Source: Candidatus Micrarchaeota archaeon (GTDB taxonomy: Archaea > Micrarchaeota > Micrarchaeia > Anstonellales > Anstonellaceae). From it: a stretch of 35,142 nucleotides of DNA. The position numbers and the translations under genes were made by a program. Below, one piece after another: positions 1 through 9,276 of this stretch; positions within the stretch are counted from its first letter, which is position 1, and each line of letters opens with the position of its first letter. The stretch covers positions 1-35,142 of the forward strand of contig JAPLWY010000092.1 of the NCBI GenBank assembly GCA_026396355.1, given 5' to 3'. The notes below the pieces were generated by a model, which ran no database searches, was not told the origin of the DNA, and was given only the letters and a program-made list of their open reading frames with translations.

Positions 1-988
1 CGCGGCTGTCCTTTTTCACGCGCACCTTGTACCTGTACCATGGCCCATATGCAAGATGATATGGGATTATTGGATTAAAAAGCGCGAGCCGCCAAAGCGC
101 AATCCATGCTTTTCCCGCTGCCCCATATTCCGCGGGCAGCCTATCCAGCGCCTCTTTCACCTTGCCAATCTCGGATGCGTAGATTTTGGGGTTCATGTAA
201 ATCCTGATTTTGAGGAAAAGGAAAGGCAGCACAAGCAGGAAGCTTCTTTTGAAGCGCGCATAGTCGCCCGGTTTCACCATGCCGTTTTCGCAGCACGCCT
301 TTAGCAGGATGAAATAATGGTTCAAATATACGTCTGCAAGCCTGGATGGGAAAAGCGCGCCTTGCCTGCCAAAGTCCATTTCAAAGCCGAGGTTTTCCAT
401 TGTTTTCGCGTTCTGCATGAAATAAAGCAGGATTGGCAAATGGATGAACAGCCTTCCCATGTACGCTTCCACCTTTTTCCCATGGAACTTGAGGAACATG
501 CCCAAAAACTTCCTGTTCATGATAAGCGTGGACATATAGGACGAGTAATAGCCTGCCACCCCTGCGGGCGAGAAGGCGTGGCGGTAAAGCCCGGCAGGAG
601 TTTTCACTCCCTTCACCGGCCTTATGCACACCCCATCCGCATCTGTGCTTTCCAAAAGCGCCATCATGGCGGAGAAAGCCTCCTTTGTGAAGGATATTTC
701 ATCAGATGCCGCATGGAAGAACCTGCCGGTTGCAAGCTTCATGGACTGCAGCCCGTTCCTGTCATACCCAGTGTTTTTCCCCCAGCGGTGGTAGCGTATA
801 TTGAGTTTGCCCTTATAGCTGTCCACAACTCTCCTGGTCGCCAAATCCTCATTGTTGTCGGATATGCAAAGCTCGAACTTATCCTTCAAGCCCGTCTCCT
901 TTGCAATGCTGTCAAACATCGCAAGAAACCGCGCCACCTCATCAGGGCGGCGGTATGTCGGAATGCACGCGGAGTAGATGATTGCCAT
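1..988 (-). CDS. Family-2 glycosyltransferase (GT-A fold), 3' end cut by window edge
   Basis: Absent from the ORF track because no stop is reached. Reverse-strand ATG at 988..986 opens a frame that I hand-translated without stops to base 2 (329 codons: MAIIYSACIPTYRRPDEVARFLAMFDSIAKETGLKDKFELCISDNNEDLATRRVVDSYKGKLNIRYHRWGKNTGYDRN...). The N-terminal layout is classic GT2. The + strand ORFs 56..304 and 317..1039 are its antisense shadows. Confidence 0.75.
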   Translation of the reverse strand, partial: MAIIYSACIPTYRRPDEVARFLAMFDSIAKETGLKDKFELCISDNNEDLATRRVVDSYKGKLNIRYHRWGKNTGYDRNGLQSMKLATGRFFHAASDEISFTKEAFSAMMALLESTDADGVCIRPVKGVKTPAGLYRHAFSPAGVAGYYSSYMSTLIMNRKFLGMFLKFHGKKVEAYMGRLFIHLPILLYFMQNAKTMENLGFEMDFGRQGALFPSRLADVYLNHYFILLKACCENGMVKPGDYARFKRSFLLVLPFLFLKIRIYMNPKIYASEIGKVKEALDRLPAEYGAAGKAWIALWRLALFNPIIPYHLAYGPWYRYKVRVKKDSR

Positions 989-1082
989 GGTGCAGCTCTG
1001 TTGGGTTTTCTAACGGCAGTGATAAGACGCCCAATATAAATTAATAAGGTTTTAGGGCATTCCTTATCTCATTGGAATTCAG

Positions 1083-1275
1083 CATCGGCCGAGCCGGTGT
1101 CCGATGCATTTTGCAAGGCAAAATGCACCCAATTCTGGAAAATTTCCCGGGAAATTTTTCATTGTGCTGTGGATTCCGCTGGATTCACGGTGCGGGCAAA
1201 TTTATCGGAATTCTGCCCTTATGGCGCAAATCTGATGATTTGCACTGCTGAAAAAGTCTGCCCAAAGGCTTTTTC
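1083..1275. repeat. Series of inverted repeats in the GT2/GT4 divergent intergenic region
   Basis: CATCGG-12nt-CCGATG at 1083-1106. TGCATTTTGC-aag-GCAAAATGCA at 1105-1127 (10-bp arms). A perfect 20-bp palindrome AAAATTTCCCGGGAAATTTT at 1139-1158. GCAAATC-tgat-GATTTGC at 1226-1243. GAAAAAG-12nt-CTTTTTC at 1250-1275. Confidence 0.7.
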
Positions 1276-1303
1276 ATCCCGTATTTGAAGGAGGAAAATT
1301 TGC

Positions 1304-2392
1304 ATGGCTTTTGGCAAAAGGCGGTTTCCTGCAAAGAAGTCCGGCTCTCCCAGCGTGAGCTTCATATATGCGGGCAAGCTTGGCAGCGGCCTTGAAGCCA
1401 CGCTTACCCTTTACGAAGCGGCGAAACGCGAAGGATTCAGCTGCAGGCTGGTCCTCTCAACTGACAACTCCCGCCGCGCCCTTGTGGAACGGATTTACCC
1501 GGAGGCAAAGTTCATCAACTTCCTTTCCCCTGCCGAAGTTTTGGCCGAGGCGCGCGTCCTCTCAGGGAACATCGCCTTCTTCACCATGATTTCACCCAAG
1601 ATGTTCCCCCTCTTTTTCGCTGCGCGCGCAAAGAGGATATTCTACTTCCACGCATCCTATGACCGCGCATTCAATCCCCCTGGCGCCAGTTCCATATTTT
1701 CCGACAAATATTTCGACATTCTGCATTCGCTTGCCATAAGAAACTCGGACCTGGTGGTGGCAACACAACATCCCCTTGCCTGGCAAGTGAAAGTGCGCTT
1801 TGGCAAGGAGGCAGCCAGCCTTCTCCACCCGCCATTCTCCGTCCTGCGGAAGGGAATGTTCGACGAGTCAAAAAAGGTCGCGCTGCCTTTTTCACCGGGC
1901 GGCTATTTCCTTGATTTTGGGGGGCTTGACCGCCCCTATAAAGGCACTGATGTTCTTCTCAAGGCAGTGGACGGCACCCATCTTCCAACCGTGCTTGCGG
2001 GCAAGGCAAAGCTTCCCCCCCATGGAAAAAACGTCTTTCACATGTGCGGATGGCTTTCTGACGGGGAAATGCACTTCCTTGTGAAAAATGCAAAGTGCGT
2101 GGTGCTGCCCTATCTCTCAGCCTCGCAGTTTTCGGGCTGCATGGCGCTTGCATTTCACTTTGGCGTGCCGGTGGTTGCGCCTTTCTGCCCGGCATTCGAA
2201 GGCTGGATAGAGGAAGGCAAAACCGGCTGGTTCTTCCCGCAGGGAGACTGGCGCGGCTTGCGCGCCAAGATGGAATCGGTTGCCTCGGGCAAGGCGAAAT
2301 TCTCCAAATCCGCAATCGCGGGCAAGGAAAAGGAGATGGAATCCAAATCCCGCGCTGAGATTCGAAAGATTCTCGCACGCTTCATGCCCTAG
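1304..2392 (+). CDS. Family-4 (GT-B, group 1) glycosyltransferase
   Basis: 362-aa ORF preceded by GGAGG. The C-terminal half (GWLSDGEMHFLVKNAKCVVLPYLSASQFSGCMALAFHFGVPVVAP...EGWIEEGKTGWFF) matches the GT4 nucleotide-sugar binding region. Confidence 0.75.
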   Translation: MAFGKRRFPAKKSGSPSVSFIYAGKLGSGLEATLTLYEAAKREGFSCRLVLSTDNSRRALVERIYPEAKFINFLSPAEVLAEARVLSGNIAFFTMISPKMFPLFFAARAKRIFYFHASYDRAFNPPGASSIFSDKYFDILHSLAIRNSDLVVATQHPLAWQVKVRFGKEAASLLHPPFSVLRKGMFDESKKVALPFSPGGYFLDFGGLDRPYKGTDVLLKAVDGTHLPTVLAGKAKLPPHGKNVFHMCGWLSDGEMHFLVKNAKCVVLPYLSASQFSGCMALAFHFGVPVVAPFCPAFEGWIEEGKTGWFFPQGDWRGLRAKMESVASGKAKFSKSAIAGKEKEMESKSRAEIRKILARFMP

Positions 2393-2397
2393 CCATT

Positions 2398-3714
2398 TCA
2401 GCTTCGCCTGCTTTTCAAAAAATCGTGGAAGCACTCTGCAACATAACCGCGCATTTCATCAGTCAGGCCTGGGTAGACCCCTATCCAGAAAGTGCCGTTC
2501 ATTATGGTATCTGAATTTTCAAGCGAGCCCATCTTCTCGAACTTCCTGCTGCGATAGGCGGGCTGCCTCACCAGGTTGCCTCCAAACAGCATGCGCGTCT
2601 CAATGTTTTTCGACTCAAGATGGGCCACGATGTCGTTTTTGGAAAAGCCGGCGTCCTTTTTCACTGTGAGCGGGAAGCCAAACGGCGAAGGCTCGGCATT
2701 CGGGAGCTTTTTCGGCAGCACAAACGCCCATTCATAATCCTTCATCTGCCCAAGGTAAAATGCAAAATTCCCCTTCCTTTTTTCCACAAAGGCAGGCAGC
2801 TTTTTCAGCTGTGCGCAGCCCACCGCGGCCTGCATGTCGGTCACCTTAAGGTTGTAGCCTACATTCGAGTAGATGTACTTGTGGTCATAGCCATAGGGCA
2901 AGTCCCCCATTTTCCACTTGAAGCGCTTGCCGCAGGTGTCGCTCCTGCCTGCAGGGCACCAGCAGTCGCGGCCCCAGTCCCTGAAGGACTCTGCCAGCTT
3001 CTTGTGAACCGGCGAGGATGACATCACTGCTCCGCCCTCGCCCATGGTGATGTGATGGGCGGGATAAAAGCTCACAGTTGCCAATTCCCCGAACACGCCG
3101 ACAGGCTTGCCTGCGATTCTGGAGCCCACAGCATCGCAGCAGTCCTCTATCAGGTACATGCCGTGCTTTTTGGCAATGGCTGAAACAGCCGGGGCGTCAA
3201 ACGGGTTGCCCAGCGTGTGCGCAATCATTATGGCCTGCGCCCCTTTTTCCGCAGCCTCGGCAATCGAATCTGCGCTTGGGTTGTAAGTGCCAACCTCGGC
3301 GTCAACAAAAACCGGCAGCATCCCATTCTGGAAAATCGGATTTAGCGTGGTGGGGAAGCCCGTGGCGCAGGTGATCACCTTGTCGCCAGGCTTGAGCTTC
3401 TTTCCACCCAAAAAATCAGAAGTAAGGGCGGACAGCGCCACCAGGTTTGCAGACGAGCCGGAGTTCACAAGCGAGCAGTGCTTTGTGCCAAAAACAGCGG
3501 CGAACTCCTGTTCGAACCTTTCAGCATACCTTCCGGCAGTGAGCCAAAAGTCAAGCGAGGAATCCACCAGGGCAACGATTTCCTCCTCGTCATACACCCT
3601 GCCGGCATAATGCACCCTTGTTTTGCCCGGCACGAATTTTTCCTGCCTTGCGGACTCGTGGAACCTGGCGACCTTCTCCAAAATCTCCTTGCGAAGCTTG
3701 TCCTGTTCCATCAA
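2398..3714 (-). CDS. rfbH: CDP-6-deoxy-D-xylo-4-hexulose-3-dehydrase (E1; RfbH/DdhC type, DegT family)
   Basis: 438 aa, the typical RfbH length. Contains VNSGSSANLVALSALTS and SFYPAHHITMGEGG, where His replaces the PLP-Lys of DegT aminotransferases. That substitution is the E1 hallmark. Confidence 0.88.
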   Translation of the reverse strand: MMEQDKLRKEILEKVARFHESARQEKFVPGKTRVHYAGRVYDEEEIVALVDSSLDFWLTAGRYAERFEQEFAAVFGTKHCSLVNSGSSANLVALSALTSDFLGGKKLKPGDKVITCATGFPTTLNPIFQNGMLPVFVDAEVGTYNPSADSIAEAAEKGAQAIMIAHTLGNPFDAPAVSAIAKKHGMYLIEDCCDAVGSRIAGKPVGVFGELATVSFYPAHHITMGEGGAVMSSSPVHKKLAESFRDWGRDCWCPAGRSDTCGKRFKWKMGDLPYGYDHKYIYSNVGYNLKVTDMQAAVGCAQLKKLPAFVEKRKGNFAFYLGQMKDYEWAFVLPKKLPNAEPSPFGFPLTVKKDAGFSKNDIVAHLESKNIETRMLFGGNLVRQPAYRSRKFEKMGSLENSDTIMNGTFWIGVYPGLTDEMRGYVAECFHDFLKSRRS

Positions 3715-3717
3715 GAA

Positions 3718-4710
3718 TCAGCCAATCCGCTTTTTTCCAAAATAAGCCAAGTACCAGTCAATGGTCTCAGCAAGGCCTTCCTCAATGCCATACTTTGCCT
3801 TCCAGCCCAGCACCTCGCGCGCCTTTTTGGCCGACAGGTGCTGGTTGCGTATCTCCCCGCTTGCGCTGTTCTGCACTTTGGGCGCAATCGATTTTTTCAT
3901 GAGCTTGGAAATGAGCGAGACCATCTCAAGCGTGGTCATCTGCGCCTCGTTTGAGAAGTTGAACGCCTCTCCGCAAAGCGCTGGCTTGTACTTTTCGGCA
4001 AGCGTGAGATAAGCCGACACCGCGTCTTTGACGTAAATATAGTCCCGCACGTATTTTCCATCCGTCCTGATGACTGGCGCCTCATTCTTGCAAAGCGACT
4101 GTATGGTGCCTGGCACTATCCTGTTGAAGTTCAGGTCGCCTCCGCCGAAAAAGTTGCCGCAGCGCGAAATCGCAACAGGCAGCGAATAGGTCGCGGCATA
4201 AGACTGCGAAATCAGGTCAACGCAGCTTTTTGAAACATCATACGGATGCCTTCCCTGGAGCGGCGTATCCTCGGTGTAGGGCAGCACCTTCTGGTCCCCG
4301 TACGCCTTGTCCGACGATGCCACAATGATCTGCTCCACTGCCTTTCCATGCGTGCGGCACGCCTCCAGGAGATTCCAGGTTCCCTCGATATTCGCCCTGA
4401 AGGTGTGCAGCGGCGAGCGATTGGCAGTCTGGACAATGGTCTGCGCGCCAAGGTGGAATATGGTGGCCGGCTCGTACTCGTTTATCACCCTTTCAATAGC
4501 GTTCCTGTCCTCAAGTTCTCCTGCAGCCACTGTGACTTTTTTATCAAACCCTTCCGAAAAGAAACGCGAGTCGGGCACGCGGTCGCGCACCAGGCAGACC
4601 GGCTGCGCGCCCTGCGAAAGCAGCTCCTCCACCAGCCACGAGCCGACCAGGCCGCTGGCGCCGGTAAGCAGCACCTGCCTGCCATTCCAAAACGATGATG
4701 TTTTTGCCAT
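3718..4710 (-). CDS. rfbG: CDP-glucose 4,6-dehydratase (SDR family)
   Basis: MAKTSSFWNGRQVLLTGASGLVGSWL matches the RfbG N-terminus (xxFWxGKxVxVTGxTGFKGSWL). YDVSK is the YxxxK catalytic motif. I prefer the ATG at 4710 (GTGAT upstream) over the track start 4749, which would overlap rfbF. Confidence 0.82.
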   Translation of the reverse strand: MAKTSSFWNGRQVLLTGASGLVGSWLVEELLSQGAQPVCLVRDRVPDSRFFSEGFDKKVTVAAGELEDRNAIERVINEYEPATIFHLGAQTIVQTANRSPLHTFRANIEGTWNLLEACRTHGKAVEQIIVASSDKAYGDQKVLPYTEDTPLQGRHPYDVSKSCVDLISQSYAATYSLPVAISRCGNFFGGGDLNFNRIVPGTIQSLCKNEAPVIRTDGKYVRDYIYVKDAVSAYLTLAEKYKPALCGEAFNFSNEAQMTTLEMVSLISKLMKKSIAPKVQNSASGEIRNQHLSAKKAREVLGWKAKYGIEEGLAETIDWYLAYFGKKRIG

Positions 4711-4730
4711 ATTAATCACGCCTGCGCAAG

Positions 4731-5510
4731 CTACTTCCAGACTTTCCATGGGCGCTTGCCCTCATCCCACATGCCATTGAGCTCAAGATAGTCCTTGTAG
4801 GTGTCCATCGCGTGCCAAAATCCCTCATGCTTGTACATTGCAAGCTGTTTTTCCTTCACAAGCCGTTCCATGGGCTTTGTCTCAAGCGCGCAATTTTCAT
4901 CAATATCAAGATAATCGAACACATCCTTCTTGAAAACATAAAAGCCGCCGTTCACATAGTCATAAAGCACCGGCTTTTCCACAAAGGTCTCCACCAGCCC
5001 GTCCGTTCCTGGCTTTATGAGCCCTAGCTTGGAATGGGGGTGCACTGCGGTGAGCGTGCCTATCGTTTTCATTTTTCTGTGGAATTTCAGCTCATCCTCG
5101 ATGTTGGAGTCGATCAGCCCGTCCCCGTAAGTCAGGAAAAAATCATCCGTGCCGATGTACTTCTCAATTCTCTTTATCCGCGAGCCGGTGTTCGACTTCA
5201 GCCCGGTGTCCGCAAACGTTATTGTCCAGTCTTCAAAGTCCTTTGTCTTGTGTATCACGTCCCGCGCGCGGTCCGAGGTCTTTATTGTCACATCGTTGTG
5301 CATCATCTCATGCGTCATGAAAAACTGCTTTATCGAGTCTCCCTTGTAGCCCAGGCAAAGCACGAACTCGTTGTAGCCATAGTGCGAATACGTTTTCATG
5401 ATGTACCAAAGTATGGGCAGCCCGCCAATTGTCACCATGGGCTTTGGCTTGTATTCCGTTTCCTCGCGGAGGCGCGTTCCTTCCCCCCCGCACAAAATGA
5501 CCACTTTCAC
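4731..5510 (-). CDS. rfbF: Glucose-1-phosphate cytidylyltransferase
   Basis: (M)KVVILCGGEGTRLREETEYKPKPMVTIGGLPILWYIMKTYSHYGYNEFVLCLGYKG is near-colinear with RfbF/DdhA. About 259 aa. Start is GTG 5510 or TTG 5513. Confidence 0.88.
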   Translation of the reverse strand: MKVVILCGGEGTRLREETEYKPKPMVTIGGLPILWYIMKTYSHYGYNEFVLCLGYKGDSIKQFFMTHEMMHNDVTIKTSDRARDVIHKTKDFEDWTITFADTGLKSNTGSRIKRIEKYIGTDDFFLTYGDGLIDSNIEDELKFHRKMKTIGTLTAVHPHSKLGLIKPGTDGLVETFVEKPVLYDYVNGGFYVFKKDVFDYLDIDENCALETKPMERLVKEKQLAMYKHEGFWHAMDTYKDYLELNGMWDEGKRPWKVWK

Positions 5511-5655
5511 CAAAATCCCCCCGTACCCATGTTTTGCCCATGCTTTTTATTATACTTGCTCCCATTGCACACCAACTCTGTTCCCAACCACATGTATTTT
5601 AATTCATATTCATAGAATTTCATTCGCGCCCCCTATTTCGGGAACTGCGCGCATC

Positions 5656-6555
5656 ATGAGTGGGAAAATGGAAAAAGTGAAAGTGGCCATACTTGGCACA
5701 GGCAACATCGGCACCGATCTCCTAGTCAAGGTGATGCGCTCCAGCCATCTCGAATGCTCTCTTTTTGCAGGCAGGAGCAAGGACTCGCAAGGGATTGCGA
5801 GGGCGCGGGAAATGGGCATAAGCACAAGCACGGACTCTGTGGACGCGATACTTCGCGATCCAGGCTGCTGCGACATAGTTTTCGATTCCACCAATGCCGA
5901 GTCCCACCTGAAACATGCACTAGTGCTTGGCAAGCTGGGAAAATTCATGCTCGACCTCACTCCCTCAAAACTCGGTTTCATGTGCGTGCCCATTCTCAAC
6001 CTCAAGGAGTCGCTTTCCCACCAGGATATAAATCTCATAACCTGCGGAGGGCAGTCTTCCATCCCTTTTGCGCATGCCCTGATGGTATCCTGCCCGAAAA
6101 CAGAATACATCGAGCTTGCTTCAAGCATAGCCTCAAAGTCCGCCGGCCCAAGCACGCGCATAAACATAGATGAATATGTGCTGGCGACAAGGAAGGGCAT
6201 AGAGCATTTTACTGGCGTTAAGCGTGCAAAGGCAATGCTCAACCTTAATCCCGCGGAGCCCCCAATCAACATGCACAATACGCTTTATATGGAGACGAAA
6301 GACGAGCCTGACATCGGCACAATCCGGAAAAACGTCCTTGCTGTGGTGGAACAGATGAAGCGCTATACTCCGGGCGTGCACATTGTCGCCGGGCCGGTTT
6401 ATGAGGAAGGCAGGGTCACCCTGATAACCAGCGTGATCGGCGCCGGGGATTTCCTTCCGAAGTACGCGGGCAACCTGGACATAATGACTTGCGCAGCGGT
6501 TGCGGTCGCGGAAGAATACGCAAAAAGGACGGATGGCAAAGGTGCAAAACCATGA
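5656..6555 (+). CDS. dmpF: Acetaldehyde dehydrogenase (acetylating), DmpF/MhpF family
   Basis: MSGKMEKVKVAILGTGNIGTDLLVKVMRS (NAD fold) and the catalytic-Cys motif NLITCGGQSSIP. The track ORF start 5398 is an upstream extension across the divergent promoter. ATG 5656 (or 5668) fits the family N-terminus. Confidence 0.85.
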   Translation: MSGKMEKVKVAILGTGNIGTDLLVKVMRSSHLECSLFAGRSKDSQGIARAREMGISTSTDSVDAILRDPGCCDIVFDSTNAESHLKHALVLGKLGKFMLDLTPSKLGFMCVPILNLKESLSHQDINLITCGGQSSIPFAHALMVSCPKTEYIELASSIASKSAGPSTRINIDEYVLATRKGIEHFTGVKRAKAMLNLNPAEPPINMHNTLYMETKDEPDIGTIRKNVLAVVEQMKRYTPGVHIVAGPVYEEGRVTLITSVIGAGDFLPKYAGNLDIMTCAAVAVAEEYAKRTDGKGAKP

Positions 6556-7571
6556 AAGAGATACTCATAATCGATTCCACCCTGCGCGACGGCTCGCACG
6601 CGATGCGCCACCACTTCACTGCTGAAAATGTCCGTTCATATGCAGCTGCAGCAGAATCAGCCGGAGTGAAGGTGCTGGTGGTGGGGCACGGCAACGGGCT
6701 TGGCGCATCCTCCCTCCAAATAGGCAAGAGCCTGCTTTCCGACATGGAATATGTGTCGATTGCCATGAAAGAGCTGAAGAACACAAAGCTCGGGGTTCTC
6801 ACCGTCCCCGGGTTTGGCACGGTAAAAGATGACTTGGAGCCTGCAATCAAGGCTGGCGCGGAAGTGGTTTTCGTGACCTGCCACTGCACTGAGGCCGACA
6901 CCACGCAAAAGCACATCGAATACGTTTCATCAATCGGGAAAGAGGCGATAGGCGTGCTAATGATGACGCACATGCTCTCCCCCGAGGGGCTCCTGGAGCA
7001 GGCGCAAAAGATGCAAGGCTACGGGGCAAGCGGCATACTGCTCATGGACTCTGCCGGCGCTTCGCTCCCGCACGATGTCACTGCGAAAGTCTCGGCGCTG
7101 AAAAAAGGCCTCAATGTGAAAGTCGGCTTCCATGCGCACAACAACCTGGGCATGGCGGTTGCAAACGCCCTCGCTGCAGTTGAAGCCGGCGCCGCATTCA
7201 TAGACACCACCATGCGCGGGTACGGCGCAGGGGCGGGCAACTGCCCGATGGAAATCATAACCGCGGTGCTGCACAAGTCAGGCTACGCGACCGGCATGGA
7301 TGAATTCGCGCTCATGGGCATAAGCGACGGCATAGTGGCAAAGTTCATGAAAAAGCCGATTGAAATAGACGGCGTGCGGCTGGCAAGCGGGCTTGCAGGG
7401 GTTTTCTCCGGCTTCTGCCCGATTGCGGAGCGCGCAGGCGCGCGATTCGGCGTGGACCCGAAAGAGATACTCATGGAGCTTGGACGGCGCAAGATCGTGG
7501 CGGGGCAGGAGGATTACATAACCGAGGTCGCAATCGAGCTTGCCAAAAGAAAAAAAGAGACCAAGAAGTGA
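6552..7571 (+). CDS. dmpG: 4-hydroxy-2-oxovalerate aldolase, DmpG/MhpE family
   Basis: MKEILIIDSTLRDGSHAMRH and GFHAHNNLGMAVANALAAVEAGAAFIDTTMRGYGAGAGNCPME match the DmpG metal and pyruvate site motifs. Its start overlaps the dmpF stop (ATGA at 6552-6555). Confidence 0.85.
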   Translation: MKEILIIDSTLRDGSHAMRHHFTAENVRSYAAAAESAGVKVLVVGHGNGLGASSLQIGKSLLSDMEYVSIAMKELKNTKLGVLTVPGFGTVKDDLEPAIKAGAEVVFVTCHCTEADTTQKHIEYVSSIGKEAIGVLMMTHMLSPEGLLEQAQKMQGYGASGILLMDSAGASLPHDVTAKVSALKKGLNVKVGFHAHNNLGMAVANALAAVEAGAAFIDTTMRGYGAGAGNCPMEIITAVLHKSGYATGMDEFALMGISDGIVAKFMKKPIEIDGVRLASGLAGVFSGFCPIAERAGARFGVDPKEILMELGRRKIVAGQEDYITEVAIELAKRKKETKK

Positions 7572-7587
7572 TTGTTTGGGTGAGCCT

Positions 7588-9276
7588 ATGCACAGCGGAA
7601 AAATCAGGGTGGCTGATTACATATCCGGCTTCGTTGCAGGCAAGGGCATTTCAAAGATTTTCATGGTCGTCGGCGGGCTGAGCATGCATCTTGCGGATGC
7701 GTTTGCCAATGAAAAAAGGATGGGGTATGTCTCCATGCACCATGAGCAGGCGTGCGTGATGGCTGCTGAAGGATATGCAAGGGAAACCAGGACAGTGGGC
7801 GTGGCCTGCGTGACAGGCGGGCCTGGCGCGGTGAACACGGTCACCGGCGTGGTGAGCGCGCATTTCGATTCCTCCCCTGTCATAGTGTTTGCAGGGCAGA
7901 CAAAAGTCGAAGTCATCAAGGCAGAGGGCGTGCGGCAGTTCGGAGTGCAGGGTTTCGAGACCCTTCCGATATTCAAGCCGATAACCAAATACGCCGTTCT
8001 TATCGAAGACCCCGAAAAAGTGAAGTATTATCTTGAAAAGGCATATCATCTTTGCACCAGCGGGCACCCAGGGGTGGTGTGGATCGAGGTGCCCCTTGAT
8101 GTTCAAGGTGCGCTTATAGACCCTGGCAAGCTTGCCGGCTACGACCCCTCATCGGAAGAAAAGCCCATTCCGCACGATGAAGTGGCGCGCGCCGCGCAAA
8201 ATGCGGTTGCGCTCATCAAGGAATCCAAGCGGCCATTGCTTTTGATCGGCAACGGAGTGCGGCTCTCAAAATCAGAGGAAACCGCGGTCAAGGCCGCAGA
8301 AGCGCTCGGGCTTCCGATCATCACCTCCAGGAATGCCATTGACGCCATCGGCTCGGATCATCCGCTATTCATAGGGCGCCCTGGGACATACGGGACAAGG
8401 CCTGCCAATTTCGCAGCGCAGACCTGCGACCTGCTGCTCATAGTCGGCTGCAGGCTCAGCATGTCGCTTACCGGCTACAACTACTCTGATTTCGCCAAGG
8501 ATGCAAAAAAAATAATGGTGGACATCGACTGCTACGAGCTTAACAAGCCAAGCACTGCGAATTTCGGCATCAAAGTCGTTGCCGATGCCGGCGTTTTTCT
8601 CCAGGAGCTTTTGGCCGCTGCGGAAAAGGGCGGCATCAAAAGGAAAGACGCGTGGATTGCGCGCTGCCAGTCCTGGAAGGCAAGATACCCTGCCGTCCTC
8701 CCGGAATATTCTGAGGACAAGGATGGCATAAACTCATATTATTTCACAGGCAGGCTTTCCGAGCACATGGGGCCGCAGGATACTCTTGTGGTGGACACAA
8801 GTTCATGCTTCCATGTGGTGGCCCAGGCATTCCGCGTGAAAAAGGGCCAAAAATACATAACCACAGGAGGGCTTTCACCGATGGGATTCATGCTGCCTGC
8901 GGCAATAGGCGTTGCAAGCGTGAAAAAAAACGGGCGCACGGTCGGAATAGTGGGGGATGGCAGCCTGCAGATGAACATCCAGGAACTGCAGACAATCGTG
9001 CATTATAAGCTGCCGCTGAAGCTCTTTGTCTGGAACAACAACGGCTATCTGCTGATCAGGCACACGCAGAACAATTTCCAGGATGGCAGGCTGGTTGGCG
9101 AGGGGCCAAAAAGCGGGCTTTCCTGCCCTGACACGAAAAAGATAGCCGAGGCCTACGGCATCCCGTTCATGCGTGTTTCAAGGATAGCCGATCTTGACTT
9201 GGCAATCGAGAAGACCCTGCAGCATGACGGGCCGATGATCTGCGAAATAATCACCCCGGAAAACCAGCTTGTGTGA
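7588..9276 (+). CDS. ThDP-dependent acetolactate-synthase-like enzyme (YerE-like candidate); C-terminal tail displaced into another frame
   Basis: MHSGKIRVADYISGFVAGKGISKIFMVVGG begins the ThDP pyrimidine-binding domain. The ThDP motif is VGDGSLQMNIQELQT...WNNNGY. A further tail (..SKPFADMFPFLGKEAYLKETNVENPD*) is readable in another frame at 9279..9359. ATG 7588 is chosen over the TTG at 7540, which overlaps dmpG. Confidence 0.8.
   Translation: MHSGKIRVADYISGFVAGKGISKIFMVVGGLSMHLADAFANEKRMGYVSMHHEQACVMAAEGYARETRTVGVACVTGGPGAVNTVTGVVSAHFDSSPVIVFAGQTKVEVIKAEGVRQFGVQGFETLPIFKPITKYAVLIEDPEKVKYYLEKAYHLCTSGHPGVVWIEVPLDVQGALIDPGKLAGYDPSSEEKPIPHDEVARAAQNAVALIKESKRPLLLIGNGVRLSKSEETAVKAAEALGLPIITSRNAIDAIGSDHPLFIGRPGTYGTRPANFAAQTCDLLLIVGCRLSMSLTGYNYSDFAKDAKKIMVDIDCYELNKPSTANFGIKVVADAGVFLQELLAAAEKGGIKRKDAWIARCQSWKARYPAVLPEYSEDKDGINSYYFTGRLSEHMGPQDTLVVDTSSCFHVVAQAFRVKKGQKYITTGGLSPMGFMLPAAIGVASVKKNGRTVGIVGDGSLQMNIQELQTIVHYKLPLKLFVWNNNGYLLIRHTQNNFQDGRLVGEGPKSGLSCPDTKKIAEAYGIPFMRVSRIADLDLAIEKTLQHDGPMICEIITPENQLV

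Noticed and set aside
317-1039. 240-aa + strand ORF (and 56..304), as listed in the track
   Set aside because: The translation is Cys/His/Arg/Pro-rich and not protein-like. The opposite strand in the codon-aligned frame gives a clean GT2 glycosyltransferase open from 988 to the window edge.
1097-1288. 63-aa ORF in the GT2/GT4 intergenic region
   Set aside because: It lies entirely over the palindrome series, has no SD or TATA in a sensible position, and has odd composition. The region is better explained as regulatory or structured DNA/RNA.
5398-5655. N-terminal extension of dmpF in the track ORF
   Set aside because: The extension crosses the divergent promoter and overlaps the rfbF 5' end. 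The family N-terminus (xKVKVAILGTGNIGTDL) begins just after ATG 5656.
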